Source: Stylophora pistillata (Eukaryota). Taken from it: a DNA stretch of 64,000 nt. A program made the translations under genes and the position numbers. The stretch lies in NCBI RefSeq assembly GCF_002571385.2, contig NW_019218252.1, positions 66,181 through 130,180 on the forward strand, read 5' to 3'. The notes under the pieces are model-generated. The model was given only the letters and a program-made list of their open reading frames with translations. It ran no database searches and was not told the DNA's origin. Positions 39,701 through 51,200 of the stretch are shown piece by piece; positions within the stretch are counted from its first letter, which is position 1; the number at the start of each line of letters is the position of its first letter.

Positions 39701-42700
39701 ACTGTATGTTAAAGTGCATTGGTGGGTCTACTAAAGGGAGAAGGGCAGTTACATTGTAAAGTAACTAGAACACTGTAGTAATGAGTGTGTGAAAAAAAAA
39801 TTTCCAATGGCTTCTTTACTTGTGTTCCTGTTTTACTTTTTTGCATTTTTTTTTCTCTTCAGTAAGGAACTTGTGAGAGAGATTTGATCTCTGAAAATTC
39901 TTAAGTAAAATTTTTTTTAACAAGAAATTGCTAAATGTTTTGTCTTCTAGAGTTTCAGATGTGCTAGGGTACAAACCCCAAGAACTTTTGAATGAAGTGT
40001 GTTATGACTTTTTCCATCCTGATGACCTGGAACATATGATGGAAAGTTATCAACAAGGTACTTCTGTTACAAAACCAGAATGTAGAATGTTCACAAATAA
40101 TTTACCTCAAATTAACTTGACATATAATAATACTACTTTATTCAAATACACGATACATATTTGAAAAGGTGGACCATGAGGTTATCCATATAAAGGTCCC
40201 CTACCCCCAACTCCCAGTAAACAGGCCAGACCACATTACAGTAATCTCATGAGTGGGTTCTTTAACGTCCCCTGCCTAACAAATTAACTAATTAATAAAT
40301 GCAGGAGACTGGACTTATGGTTTATTCGTCCTTACATGAGAAGACTAGAAAGTCTAGATCCATTTCTTGATATTATAGAAAGGTAGCACAGCCTCCTCAG
40401 TATTTTAAGACTTTGCCGGGGCTCAAACCCTCAACCTCCCGTTCAACAGTCCGGCGCTCTAATCAATTGAGCTAACTTGGAGGTAGTGTAATGTACATAT
40501 GATTTAAATTGCTTCCTTGGGTCACTAGGAATAATCATTGTTTGGTATTTGTGGATGCAGTACAAGATTAATGAATTAAGAGTTTGGTGTATCACCAAGA
40601 AATTTAGTTTTCATTTTGATAAAGTTTGGTCTTAAAAAAAAAAAAAAAAACTGTATGGCAGAGAAACACTAGGAAACAACTTCTTTGGATAGTTTATTTT
40701 AAGGTTGTATTAATGGAACAAAATCACTGATTGGTTTCATATGTAACCTGTACCAAGTCTAGTCCTTTTCTCAACTAGCATTATTTTATGATTGCAGTAA
40801 TGAAACTGAAGGGACAAACACTTTCTGTGAGGTATAGATTCCGTGCCAAGGATGGCAGCTGGGTGTGGCTACGAACAAGCTGTCACAGTTTTCAGAATCC
40901 TTACACTGATGAAGCAGAATACATTGTTTGCACTAACTGCCGTGGTCAACCGTGAGTACATATAATCCATTTACATTATAGGAGCTCAAGTTAGATTACA
41001 TACTTGTACTTTGAATTAGATCATAGGGAAAACTCTTGTTGTACAAAGACTGGATGTTAATCATGGTAACCTTTACTAACCTACTTCTTCTTTTCTGCTA
41101 TTTGAGTAGTGGCAGTATGCAGCCTGTCACCCTAAACCTGTCCAGCCCAACTATAAACTCCACTCGCAGTGGGCCACTGACCGGCAGTACAGATTATTCT
41201 GACATATCTCCTCGCACAGACCTAACAAGCCCTGACTCTGGAGTGTCCATGTATCAGAGACACGCCCAGCTTGCTCCAGTGCGAGATGATGCCATTCATC
41301 TTTATACACAAGGAGGTGCAGTCCCAAAAGGTGACACACTTAAGTTAATTCATTCTTAAATAATATTATGGCAATGTGACAGTAAAATATAGATAAAAAA
41401 GTTCATGTTTGAATGGAAATAATTTTTTTTTCAGCATCCCAACGTTTGGAAGGTGGCTTGGAAGCTCTTTCTAAGGTTTGTAACCCCCAATTTATTTTTG
41501 CTCTCTAAAATACACCACTTACTAGACTGTGGTGGTGTAGAAATTAGAATTTTGCTGACATCCTCACTGGTTGTGCCATTAAGCATAATTTAGGCTTCTT
41601 TATCTTCAACTGAAATTTCTCCCTGGACTTCTAGTCAGGTTTGGGGTCTTACTGTCTCAGAGAACCTTTCCATGCAGAAGTAAGAATAGGTACCAGTGAG
41701 CAGTAGCTTAGTGTGGGTACAAGGTGTATTTGTTTATTTTGCCATTTTGTTATTACAATACATCACAAGAAATAACAGGAATTACATAATACATCAATAT
41801 GATATAACTGAGAATTTAGCATATGGCAAGGAAACCTGTAGAGTAACCAAGAGGCTTATGCAAGCTGCAGGTTCCTCTTATTTTACAAGAGTGAAGTATC
41901 AGTTATATGTTACTAGCAGGTAATTTGTAATGTACCTTTTTACCATTCATCCAGGGGTCATAACAGTAAATGTCACATTATACCACAGAAATGAGGAGAT
42001 GCCTTACTAGCTGAGTGAGGAAGTATCCTTGTTTAATACTTAAATGTTTTTACTGTCTTCTCTCCTTCTCTCTGGCCAACATCATGATATACCCAGTAGA
42101 GTTAATTGAAGGGTTATCTTTCCAGGCCAGTGAGCTTACTGACAAGAGAGGTAATGTTTCACCTAACACTCCGACTGCTCAAGTACCCAAGAAATCTGAC
42201 GGCTCAATGGTTATTCCAGTAACTAGTGCAACAACACAGAGACTTCCACCAGGAATTATTCAACATGCCATGGAACATGGCACTGGTAAGACACTAGATG
42301 TCTATTTGAGGGTTAATGTTTGATCCAAGTATTTCATTTTCAGCACTGTAACAAGATAGGCAAATACAGTCAATTTTAATGAATTGACACTTAAAAGGAA
42401 TAAATAAATTATTTTTTCATCCAAAAAGATTATTTTCACCGAACTTTGAATTTGTATGCTACTCCTATTTGTTGTAACTGTTAACTTTTTTTCTGAGGAA
42501 TGTGATTAAATGGAATAGTATGGTAATGCAACAGAATGAGGAAGGGCTAATGCTTGAAATGTCAACTGATAAACTCTTTACAGTGGCTAATTCACATTAT
42601 CAACTCAGTTAAAAAAAATAAAGAAACAAGTTATCTAGTTTGATTGTACATTGCCACCAGTTGTTTTTTTCCTCAGATTTTATAATATGTCAAAAGTAAT

Positions 42701-43546
42701 AATTGATATGGAAGATTTTGCAAAAGGAAGTAAAAAACATTGTGCTAGCATACAGGTATAATTCACCCAAAAGAGGAATTGAGGAGCATTTTTTCTTGTC
42801 TCTAAAGGGGTGGGGGATGAACTGGAGATAGTTTGTGATAAGGTAATCAATGGAATCTCCTTTACCTGGAAGGTGTATTTATGACACTGCTCAGAGTGAA
42901 GCAAAGAACAGTTGGTAAATCTTTTGTTGTATTCATGTGTTATTTTGTAGTTGACTTGGACAGTGCTGAGTTTTCTGCTGGCCAAGCTGGCAGTCTGCTT
43001 GCAGCCATGGTTCAGCGGAGAAATGCCATTGCTGCAGTTTCTCCAGGCCAAACACAGCAGGGTGGGTACCCTCTCATTTCCCAGATGAATGGCAACATGG
43101 CCACTATTATGAGACCTGGAAATATGGGAGGACAACAAAGAGCCATGGGTCCAATGTCACCAATGGAGATTATGAGAGCACAAATTCCACGCAACATGGC
43201 TGACATGAATTCCCCTGGAATGATGGTTTATGGCAGTGCCACAACAACTCGGAATGGTCAAACCCCTGGCAAGAACACAGTTGACACTGGCCAAAAGAGT
43301 GGGTATCCACAGGTAATGAATGATGGTGTAAGTGGAAGAGATATGATGTCTGGAGCATGGGCACACCAGAATGTTATGGTGAGACCTATTAGAGAAGGTG
43401 AGATGAAGCCAACAGCACCTGGAGGAATGCCTCTTGCATCACAGGTGGATGCTGCCACACAACAAGGGATGTATACTGGAATGAGACCACCTGGGGACCC
43501 ATCCAACTTGCGAGGCCCTACACAGGGATATCATTACTACCAATAA
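33722..43546 (+). CDS. ARNT: Aryl hydrocarbon receptor nuclear translocator (ARNT/HIF-1beta), bHLH-PAS; 17 coding exons, about 773 aa
   Basis: Exons: 33722-33776, 33914-33989, 34121-34171, 34592-34627, 35654-35817, 36262-36335, 36507-36599, 37098-37215, 37477-37506, 37614-37768, 38147-38337, 39951-40057, 40798-40951, 41110-41330, 41435-41475, 42126-42285, 42951-43546. Total 2322 nt, in frame. ARNT-type basic region [46 protein letters not shown] (PAS-A), [18 protein letters not shown] (PAS-B), [23 protein letters not shown]-rich C-terminus. The 5'-most and C-terminal small exons are less certain. Confidence 0.93.
37219..37296. repeat. Three perfect copies of 26-bp AGTAATGTATAGCAGATCAAGTCCTT
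   Basis: Seen directly, beginning within the donor site of ARNT exon 8. Confidence 0.95.
38456..38734 (-). mobile_element. Non-LTR retrozyme insertion (241-nt monomer plus partial repeat) in ARNT intron 11
   Basis: Two HHR copies 241 bp apart (38461 and 38702); flanked by 12-bp direct repeat CATGTATATATA (38444-38455, 38735-38746). Confidence 0.8.
38460..38505 (-). ncRNA. Type I hammerhead ribozyme
   Basis: Minus strand reads ACTGCA-CTGATGA-GGCC-CAGAA-GGCG-GAA-ACAGTACTGT-C^TGCAGT: 6-bp stem I, canonical core, palindromic stem III, GUC cleavage triplet. One stem II mismatch; the 5'-truncated copy at 38701-38737 has a perfect GGCC/GGCC stem II. Confidence 0.85.
40222..40475 (-). mobile_element. 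tRNA-headed SINE, second copy (ARNT intron 12)
   Basis: Shares GCAGGAGAC...AGAAGACTAGAA...CCATTTCTTGATATTATAGAAAGG...GCCGGGGCTCAAACCCTC with 28425-28608. Confidence 0.7.
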
Positions 43547-46184
43547 CCCTATAAAGCCCAGAAGTAGAAAATATACTCACTGAAACACATGAATCAGGAC
43601 TTACTTTACTTTGTTTGTGCAGCAAAGTCAAATCTGCCTAAATGGATTTGCCACTGACATCTCTCATGGTTGGTGAAAATGCAGAAGGCTGAATGTATAT
43701 GTATCACGGAAAAGATCGATAATTTTCACTGGTGTTATATAACCATTATGGTAATTAGCAAGAGGCAAAGATTATTTGCCAAAAAACTTTGAGAATGAAG
43801 TCATTACAGGGATTGCATCAATATGGAGACAGTGGGTATCACCAGACTTATCATATTTAACAAAGCTAACAAGCAACTATGATGTCCAAAAGATCTGCAT
43901 AAGAATTTCCTAAAACATATTTCACAACTGTAGACCTGTTGAAACTGTAGAAGTGTGTAAGTAACTTGTCTTTTTTAAATAATAGGATTACCATAATTAT
44001 GGAAGATTTTTATCTAGTCCCTTTATGCTCTCATCTTCATTTCACTGTTTATTATCTAACTTTCATTTTAGAGAGAACCAACAAGTGCTAGACAAATTAT
44101 TTTTTTGGACCCATGGTATCTACCATTAATATTGTTTGTGATAAAAAAATAGTCTAGGTGTTTCGGCAACCTTGAAATGTACAAGAGCTATATACTTACT
44201 TCCATATGCATAAGCCTTTAAACTGTGCATTGTTGTGGGAACCCTCACACTAGCTTGGTTAGTTCTGTTTTACACAACATCTTCTCTTTTGATACCATAA
44301 TATCCAACCTCATTCTTGCAGGAACTTTTTATCTTAAAGATCTGTCACTGTACTCTCTAACAGGATTATTTTCTACCAGCAAAACAATTAAACTGACATT
44401 AAATAGTTAATATAAATGATCTCCAAGCTAAAAGGAAACTTATATCATAGGCTTAACATGGGATTGACATGGACTGTTCACAAGAAAACCTTTGCATTCA
44501 ATTGAAAGTGAACATTTTTGTATTGTCCGAGTACATATACTAAAGAGATTTTTATTGTTCATATCCTTTAAACATGACACTGTCCTCTGTGATCTTCCTG
44601 TGGTCTCTAGTTTACTTGTAGTAGCAGTGACTTTCACCTTGAGTGTTGTGGTTTTCATACCTCCAAAAATAACCACAAAGCAAGCTTACATAGCTGGAGG
44701 TATTGTTCTTTGTGTGTGAGGTCAAAAGACGTATCTCCTGCATTTTAATAAAGGTTCGTGTTAATTATATGCAATCTGTGTTTATCTCCACTCTCCTTAG
44801 CCATGGCATGATACTTCCCCTTCTTACCAAACTAACACTTTAGATTCATGTGTTATCTGCCCTAATCTCTTCAATCCTCATCCTGATTTGCTCTTTCTTG
44901 GTTAATTATTAATCCTTTTGCTTTTTCCTGTCCCACCAAACTTGCAGTATGCTTCAAGGTTTAGGGAATGGTTTCACTGCCACTAACCTTGCCTTGCACA
45001 TCAGTAAGACTTCAGTGAAATTGGCTGCTATAGGAAATCTAACTGTTGTGCAAACAATCCTGCTAGCCATGTAATCTGTGACAAAAGGTCCATGCGAGTT
45101 ACAGAAAAAGAGGTATCAAAGAGCTCCAGATAGTTTGTAGTATATTTGTGGACAAAAGTATTGGGTACATAATTACTGGTGCACAGAAAGACATTTGACA
45201 AAAAAAATTTTTTTTCAGAGAGACTTTGTTTTATTAAAAGTAGGTGTAGCCTTAGATACTGTTGTGGTAGTGTTGTAATTAATAATAAATCTTATTCTGA
45301 GGTGTCTTCTGTTTATTGTTGTAGTTTTATGTTTGTATCAGTAGGTCATTAAGTGGCAGAAAAAGAACTGTCATTACATTACGTCATTTTTGTTAGTCTC
45401 GATTAATTTTAATTTTTAGCAGTGATCCACAGGTCCAGACCCTCGCTACTACTTTCAGACCTGTAGGTTTTCTTTACCACCAGTCAGATTTGAGGTATTT
45501 TTGTCATCTTGTCTTGAATAAAGGGAAGGGGGGGGGGTTAGCATGGGTCTGTGGACCTTCCTATCAAAGGTTTGTTGGCAACCCCCTTTAGCTGTCTTTC
45601 ATTAACCAATGAATTGCCCCAGAAGAGCTGGTCATGTTACTTAAATAACACCCTCTTGCAGATCACTTCCTACAATTTCCTCACCGCATTGTGGTACAAA
45701 ATTGTGAAGAGAAGTTACATGTTAATTACATCTGGGAGTTTGCAAGTGAAGATTAAACTTAATTCACTGTTACCAAAGTAACAAATTAACGGTTTGTTTG
45801 TGGACTTCCCGAACCAACATTTTGGATTCATTTTCAATCTGTCATAATCTTGTCATTCCTCAGCCCCACTTGATCTTTCTTTGTTAATTGTTAATGGCAT
45901 AAAATGAAAACTTTCTTGAAGTCATGGAATCCCAAATCATTTTACACCCACACATTCTTTAGCAGAGTTGGGATCTGCTACTCTCTTAAATGGCCTTTTT
46001 TTTTGTAGAAAGTTGATACATTGATAGTATACATACTACTAATTTTTCAAAGATTGGAGATGAGTGGTTATGGCCTTTCAGTCATTACGAAGTGACAACC
46101 TTGGAACTCTACAGAGGAGTGAGGGTGTAAGCACACAGGGCAACACTAGATATGTAATAGATAAGAAAAATATGAGTTTATTTA

Positions 46185-46304
46185 AGTGAATAAAGGCTGA
46201 TAGTTTCGAAAGAAACTGTTTGGGGCTGTGTCAGTGGGAGTAACGAAATAATTTGGATATATCAACAAAGTTGAAATGATAAGTTGGCCACTGTAACGAT
46301 TACA

Positions 46305-46337
<33 letters not shown>

Positions 46338-46430
46338 TCACTCCGATGAAGGGCTAACGCTCGAAACGTCAGCTTTTGTAATCGTTATGGTGGCCAATTT
46401 ATCATTTCAACTTTGTTGATATATCCAAAT
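46185..46430. mobile_element. Palindromic Penelope-like pLTR remnant (family A) with two opposed HHR motifs
   Basis: Inverted arms about 46248-46336 and 46344-46433. Plus-strand CCGATGAAGGGCTAACGCTCGAAACGTCAGC at 46342-46373. 14-bp duplication TATGAGTTTATTTA at 46171-46184 and 46431-46444. Same terminal extension as the element at 30221. Confidence 0.85.
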
Positions 46431-47989
46431 TATGAGTTTATTTAGGCTTGGATGAAGACAGAATTTCTCTTTACAATACCAAGCAGACTAGTGATGAGGA
46501 AAAAAAACAAAAACTCAACTACTACTATCTTCATTGAAATTGCATGGTAGACAGTGGAGAGCTCAAGATTTAGTAATGAAAGACTAGGAGCTAAAGGGTG
46601 ATGTAAATGGTTAAACTTTCAGTTTTTCCAACCTTTCTTAAAGGATAAGTTGTCTGGTTGACAAAAATAAGTGTGTCTCCTATCTCTGAAATATATTTAA
46701 AAGTATTTAAATACTTGGTTTGTAAGTGAGTGTACGAAAATTCTGAGTTGGTACTAAAGAAAATATGATCATTAAAATGTCTGATTTCTAAAACAACATT
46801 GTAGCATTTCTTGGCATCTGAATAACCTCACAGCAGGCTTCCACAGGAACTATTTAAAGCACTAGCATGGAAGCTTATAAGGAAGAGCAAGCTGGCAGAC
46901 TGTGCTGGAATGTTGCCTGTGCCTGACTATCCAGTAGTTCATTCATAGCTTCAACAATTGTGCTCAGCCCAACACCAAGTGGAGGCTCATTTCACACTGG
47001 TCTGAACAGCCCATGCCTTCATCTTCTCTACTTATCCTTCAGTTTGTTGCACCATAGGCACAAAAAAATATCTATATAAAAATATATTAACCAATTTAGG
47101 AGTAGCCACTTGTACGATTTCCAAACACCACTCTTTCTTCCTTGATACCAAAGTCCAGCGGCAGAATCATCATTCCTGTATGTTCTCTCTCTTGACTAAT
47201 GGCCCTTTTGACCTTTTATTTGTTGTTCTTTATCTGGAGTGGTAAATACTTTGAAAACCCAAAATCCCTGAGTCCAACATTAAGGAAATAAACCTTTTTT
47301 TTAAAATTTTACCCTGTCTGTACAGCTTATTGCATTTCATAATTAAATAACCCAGAAGATTATTAGGTTTTTAATTTACTGCATGTGTATCTAGGATACT
47401 TCTGCTGGAGTTTACCCTAGTGAACATATATTAAGGCTTGGTGTACAATTTTCAGTGGTGTTTTTGGTGAGTTAAACTACTGTAGAGGAAAGTTTTCACA
47501 ACTCATCTCTCTATGTACAACTTACAACTCCAGCATACCATTAAGTCACCATCAGGAAGTCTATTTTTAGAATGTTGACTGCATCGTAAATTCATCTTAC
47601 ATTTAAATACACTGTACCATTTATTTTATCAGAAATACAGGATACAAGAGCTGCCACATGTAGGCAGACCATGAAGCAAACTCCATAAATGATCAGAGTT
47701 GGATAATTTTCTTGCGCTGCAGTTGCCATAGAACTATGTGCTAGCCTACAGACATGGAAATCTTGCATTAGAACATTACAATTTGGTCGATGTAAAAACG
47801 TATCGTGCAGAGTTAATACACGAAAGAACAATATGATAAGACAGCTAATCGTGTAAAACACATTGGACTTACCTTTGTAAAGAAGCTGCAGTCTGTAATA
47901 ACTCGATTTCTGCTTGCACATCGATCGAAAAGATATTAAGTAACAGGTATTTTAGTGTCAGCTGAAAGCCGAGGGACAATACAAGAAGC

Positions 47990-48115
47990 TCTCTGATTGG
48001 TTATTCTCTAACGTCACTTAAAGGCTGTCAAGATACATCGATTAATTTGATTGGTTAAATTGAATAGCCGGTTATTTGACTTCACCCGAGTAAAGCTTCC
48101 TTCTGATTGGCTGGA
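47990..48115. promoter_or_regulatory. USP3 promoter with three regularly spaced CCAAT (NF-Y) boxes, probably bidirectional
   Basis: ATTGG at 47996, 48050 and 48106 (spacing 54 and 56 bp) in a CpG-rich patch 150-260 bp upstream of the ATG. Confidence 0.6.
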
Positions 48116-48259
48116 AAATTAGTAACCGTTCAGTCCGCGCAGAATGCTCCGACGGCGCATGACGAATGGCTCGCGTTAGCGCCTGGGAGAGGAGGGATCC
48201 GTAGAAAATTTGACCCTTTCGTTGTGATTTTCGTGAGAATTTTGCCTTTTTTGGGTTAT

Positions 48260-51200
48260 ATGGAGTGCACACACGTTGGGCAAGCCGTGAAAGTTGGTTC
48301 AAAACTTATTCAAAAGATACGCCGTGAAAAACCGGCACAGTGGACGTGCTCAAGTACGGTTTCCCAATCGAAGAGGGTCGATTAGTTACCCTGTTCTCGC
48401 TTTCTGCTCTTTTGGTTTCACCTTTACCGGTGTTTCTAAAGAGCTCAGAATTCTGACTTAATTTCTGTGTTCTAGGTTGTAGATCAACAAAAAGTCCGTG
48501 GATATGTCTGCGTTGTGGTGTCATCAACTGCGGAAGGTACATCGCCGATAGTATATCACGGTGTTGTTTCAGTTGTTGTGTCAGGGGGGTGTCGAGACGT
48601 AGGAATGTCGCCGCACTGTTTAGCTCTCCCATGAATCTGATATCAGTTATTCACTCATAGATTAGTTTTATTAATCAAGCAGTCATTTTTACCCAGGTAT
48701 GTGAATGGTCATGCTAAAGCTCACCACGAAGACAATCAACACCATTCGGTGTGTTTGGATCCAAGTTTGTCTGCGTTTTGGTGAGCACATTGTACTTCAC
48801 ATTGATTTGTACCTCGCTAGGAAATTCGGTGATGTCATTGGAGCTTCGTTTCCGATTTCTTGCTCGACGTTTTTGCTTACCCTTTGTGAAATTTTGACAT
48901 TTTTCTATAGCTATGCTTGTGACGAATTCGTAATCAACGATACAAAATCGGGAGATATTCAGAGAGTACGCGAAATAATTTTAGAGAGAGAAAATAGGTA
49001 TGTATGTACGTTTATGTAAAGAAAACGGTTGAAAAATAAGGGGAAATCGCGAAAACATTTCTTTTCATTTGAAATTAAACTCGTTGCACTTACATTAAGA
49101 TGTTTTCAGTTCAATTTGTGGGCCGTGATTGTTTCTTTCTATTACGTCGTTAGGGTTATAAACTACATTAGAAGATTGCGTTATTCGTTTTATCATCGGC
49201 CGCCATGTTGTTTTCAAGCCCATGAATCACAGCGCTGCAAGTTTTTACGTGACGTAATGTTTGTCAGAGAATCGCAGTTAATTTAGTAAGAGTAGTGGAT
49301 GGCAGTTTTGGAAAAGATATCTGTATAACCCCACACTCTTCTAAAACAGAGCACAAGTTGTAACAGTAATCTTTTGTCTTCCCTTTGTTTCTTCTTAAAA
49401 AGAGAGATGTGTATTTTCAAGCTTAATTTGTTTCATGTGTGGTTTGACTGATGCTGGATTTTTTCAGGCTAAATTTAATCTGTGGCCCTTGATTAACATA
49501 TGTGCCCTTTTGAAATGGGATGTTAATGATTAACAAAACTCAATTTTTAATAGGAAACGTTGTCTGCAGGATACAACTTCACCTGAAAGACAAAAGAAAG
49601 CTTTGAAAGCAAATGTAAGTTAAACAATGAAGAGTGCAAAAGTGAAAAAAAAACCAACAACAACATAAGCTTTGGAAAATAAAATAATTGCAGTGCTTGT
49701 AACTTTGAAGCAATCAGACAATCACAGAATAGTAACAGGTCTACAACAACCTATTTCATAACTGGTTGAGATAGTTTTTCAGATGTTTGGAAACTGATAG
49801 ATGGAGCATCTGAAAAATTTCATTGCCCTTAAAATCTAATGCCCAACCTTGTAAAAATGATTTTGCAGCTGAAATTAAAGGAAGGTATTTTAGAAATGAA
49901 AATAGAAGAGGTAAATTATGATTTTTTCGTAGAAACAAGATATTAAGTGAAATAGAAAGACATTGACCACCATTGACAGATTTGTGACTTCAATAAGCCA
50001 TGTCATAAACCTTATCATGATCAAAAACAACTTTGTTTTATGTTATCTCCAGCAAGAAAATATAGGAAGGGTGAAGTACCTACCAGGTCTTCGAAATCTT
50101 GGGAACACATGTTTCATGAATGCAGTGTTGCAATCTCTAAGGTGTGTAATATATATGTTTGATATAGGTGATGTTATATATTGTTTGAGAATTAGAACAT
50201 GTTGCATAGCCCTTGGCCCCCCAGGAATGACAAGCATTTTATTTCTCCTATAATAGTATTCCTTAGTCAACCAGTAAGAAGCTCTTTATTGTCAAACAAA
50301 TTCTTCTTCAGGAAATATGTTGAGAATAGTTTGTTTAATGTATATGTTGATGTTAGGGGGTAAAGTTTTAATCCTTTTACATTTGTTGTTTTGTTGGTGC
50401 AGTAACATTCAATCATTCAGCTGTTATTTCAAGGACCTTCCTGCATTTGAGCTCAGAACAGATAACTCGTGTGGAAAACAGCCCTACTTTACCAGAAGCA
50501 GGAAAACAGATGAAGGGTAAGAAAGCTGTTTTTAACCCTTTCATTTGTCAGAATGACTGAGATATACTTTTTCCATACAATATCAACACTATCAAGCAGA
50601 CAAGAAATAAGAACTAAGAAAAATATCAATATATCAATTTGGTATTGCTTGATCCAATACCAAATTCTCTGTACTAAAATTATGAGCATTGCATGGAAGA
50701 CAGTAAAGAGAATTGCTTTAGAGATCTTGGGAGTCAAATGATCAAAAGGTTATTTATTGGTAATAGTTAATTATTTGATCTTCTCAACAAAAATCTTATA
50801 CTTCCAAGTTTTGTGGTTGAATATTGTTTCTTGATTTAAAATTTCACAAACCATGTTGATCTTTGTTTCCTTTTTCTCGTATTCATTGTCTTAATCTGAA
50901 ATGATGGAAAACTGTCTGCATAAATTAATTGAACAGGTGCTAGTTTGAAAAAGTCGGACAAATGACTAATTTAAAACAGTATGCTACAGCTATGTGATTG
51001 TCCAAAAAAATTATTTTGAAATTGAAATTTATTTTATCTTATTTGTTACTTTCTCTTGACCTGTACAGATCCATTGTGGAAGAATTACGAAAAGTACTGT
51101 GTGCACTATGGCAGGGTGGAGGAGTCACTCACTCTCCTGATGCTCTGTTTTCTGTTGTGTGGAAAGTAGTCCCAAGATTCAGGTAAGTTACCTCTTTGTT

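Noticed and set aside
42677-42755. Extra ARNT exon (good acceptor, CAG|GT donor)
   Set aside because: Phase is incompatible with the flanking exons (early stop); lies next to a pLTR relic.
33722-43546. BMAL1/cycle as the identity of the bHLH-PAS gene
   Set aside because: Basic region [12 protein letters not shown] and ARKPDKLT are ARNT-type; BMAL has REAHSQIEKRRR.
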